Assembly (NCBI RefSeq): GCF_001194135.2 | Contig: NC_068981.1 | Span: 30,051,800-30,091,705, forward strand | Direction: 5' to 3' | Source of the DNA: Octopus bimaculoides | Lineage: Eukaryota | Length of the DNA: 39,906 nt | Shown here: positions 38,048 through 39,906 of the stretch, piece by piece | Layout of the letters: each line of letters starts with the position of its first letter | Numbering within the stretch: position 1 is the first letter of the stretch | The notes under the pieces: generated by a model | The model's database searches: none | Told to the model about the DNA's origin: nothing | The model's input: the letters and a program-made list of their open reading frames with translations, nothing else | Translations under genes and position numbers: made by a program

Positions 38048-38110
<63 letters not shown>

Positions 38111-38112
<2 letters not shown>

Positions 38113-38325
38113 GCAGAAACACCGGGCGAAATGCTTAGCGGTATTTCGTCTGCCGCTACGTTCAGAGTTCAAATTCCGCCGAGGTCCACTTTGCCTTTCA
38201 TCCTTTCGGGGTCGATTAAATAAGTGCCAGTTACGCAACTGGGGTCGATATAATCGACTTAATCCGTTTGTCTATCCTTGTTGGTCCCCTCTGTGTGTAG
38301 CCCCTTGTGGGTAGTAAAGAAATAA
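38111..38325 (+). mobile_element. Family-B SINE within a (CA)n tract
   Basis: tggcagaaac.ccgggcgaaatgcttagcggtatttcgtctg...ccccttgtgggtagtaaagaaataa. Confidence 0.9.
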
Positions 38326-38654
38326 CACACACACTCATACCATATATATATATATAAAGAATCTATTAAAGTAGATGAAAGTGCTAATATATGATTTATA
38401 AAAGCATGACATATTAATAAAAATCTGCAAATGTACAACCATCCAGATCTCTGAGTACCTTATGAACAAGTAAAAGAGACACACACTGAGTATGTGCTGT
38501 TGATAATGTTTACAATACTAGTGCTGCTTTCAGTTCATAATTGAAAATATATAAAGTGATTAATACAAACTGGCATATAATCGTATCAGTTTTCCATGAT
38601 AAAATGGTTGCCGATAACGAGAAAACAGCGAAGGTAAAAGAAAGGAGAGTCAAC

Positions 38655-39030
38655 CCAAGTATTTGGCTGGTATTTTATTTATTGTCCCCAAAGGATGATA
38701 GTTAAAGCTAATCTCGTTGAGATTTTTAACTCTTAGCGCCTACAAACCGCCACAAGACACCATATCCGATGTTGTAAAGAATTCGCCGTTTTTTAGTCCC
38801 AAAGCTCTGCCTGAAATTTAGACGGGATGGTCACAGTTGGACTGGCTCCGATCCTAAGTTTGATGATTCAGATTTTTCTAAACTCACTTTGGGGTTGAAC
38901 AAAAATAAGAACAAGGAAAAGCACATTGCATATTGAAGTCCTAGATACTTTTAAATAGACTAGCTGGCATGCTTTTGATCATTGATTCGCCCAATCAAAG
39001 TTGACCTAAGGCCACAAACAACAATAATAA
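38655..39030. mobile_element. Old degraded repeat fragments (family-B-like piece on minus; (CAA)n-tailed piece on plus)
   Basis: ttttattgtcccca.aaggatga resembles family B. gggatggtcacagttgga and ttgacctaaggccacaaacaacaat resemble the 13590-13665 tail family. Confidence 0.4.
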
Positions 39031-39479
39031 CAACCACAGCTTATTAAGTAAAATATACATCTATCATTGCCGAGTTCATCGATGACTTTTAATCTGTTCA
39101 AAAGAAGTGGATAATTCTTTATTCTCTGCTGTCTTAATGGAGTGAAAAATTGAATCTACAAAACGAAGGTTACATTCACGTCACTTCGTATTAACCGCAT
39201 AAATTAAATTGGCTCTGAAAATTATTAATAATTACATAGGTTTTAAAGATTTGGGTTACAGTGAGGGTTAAATGAAAGTTTCCAAATCTATATCTACTTT
39301 CGTATAGCAATATAGATATTAATTAATTTTTATAATTAACTGCCATTTAATCGTGATCAAGACTGCTATTAATTACAGAATGCATGGCTTAATTAAATCA
39401 TAGACATTTTGTTGTTTTTGGTGGCGTTGGTAGTGGCAGCGGTGGGTGTTTTGTCTTTTTTTCACACTTTTTGCTTATA

Positions 39480-39560
39480 TCTATATACTCGTGTGTGTGT
39501 AGACAAATAGAATGTATAAATGTGTTTATGAGTGTGTGTATGTGTGTGTGAGCGCGTGTG

Positions 39561-39616
<56 letters not shown>

Positions 39617-39840
39617 TGTGCGTATGTATGTATGTATGTATATATATGTTAGCGTATATCTGCATCGAACTAACGGTTGTATTATACCACTTTTTTACAT
39701 ATATATATATATATATGAGCGTGTGTGTATACATATATAAATAAAGATATGTATATACATACATACATATATACATACATACATAAGTACGTAATATTTA
39801 TGCAACTATATGAAGACATGGACATATCTATGTCTTTCAT

Positions 39841-39872
<32 letters not shown>

Positions 39873-39906
39873 CATACATACATACAGACAGACATACATA
39901 CGTACG
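39480..39906. repeat. (GCGT)n, (TA)n and (CATA)n microsatellites
   Basis: Direct reading. Confidence 0.95.

Overview
Eukaryotic, AT-rich, repeat-saturated DNA with about 4.0 kb of N in 11 gaps. The repeat families look like those of a coleoid cephalopod, probably Octopus; this is recognition from memory, not a database result. No intact, nameable protein-coding gene is visible, and almost all ORF-track entries are translated microsatellites or N-runs. The window contains: (i) dense microsatellites; (ii) about 25 SINE pieces from at least four families, including a recurrent head-to-tail dimer junction and a composite SINE with an internal microsatellite; (iii) decayed RLE-type non-LTR retrotransposons (R4/Dong-like and a second family), a DD37D/maT-like transposase remnant and a pogo-like MITE; (iv) several minimal type I hammerhead-ribozyme motifs of the kind found in Penelope-like elements. 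The hammerheads have non-canonical cores (CUGUUGA, CUUCGAAGA), and two cores form a back-to-back pair on opposite strands at 1176-1250. They are the most interesting signal. There are also low-confidence exon candidates: a signal-peptide exon one base out of frame with its ATG (12659-12756), microexons and a possible recursive splice site.
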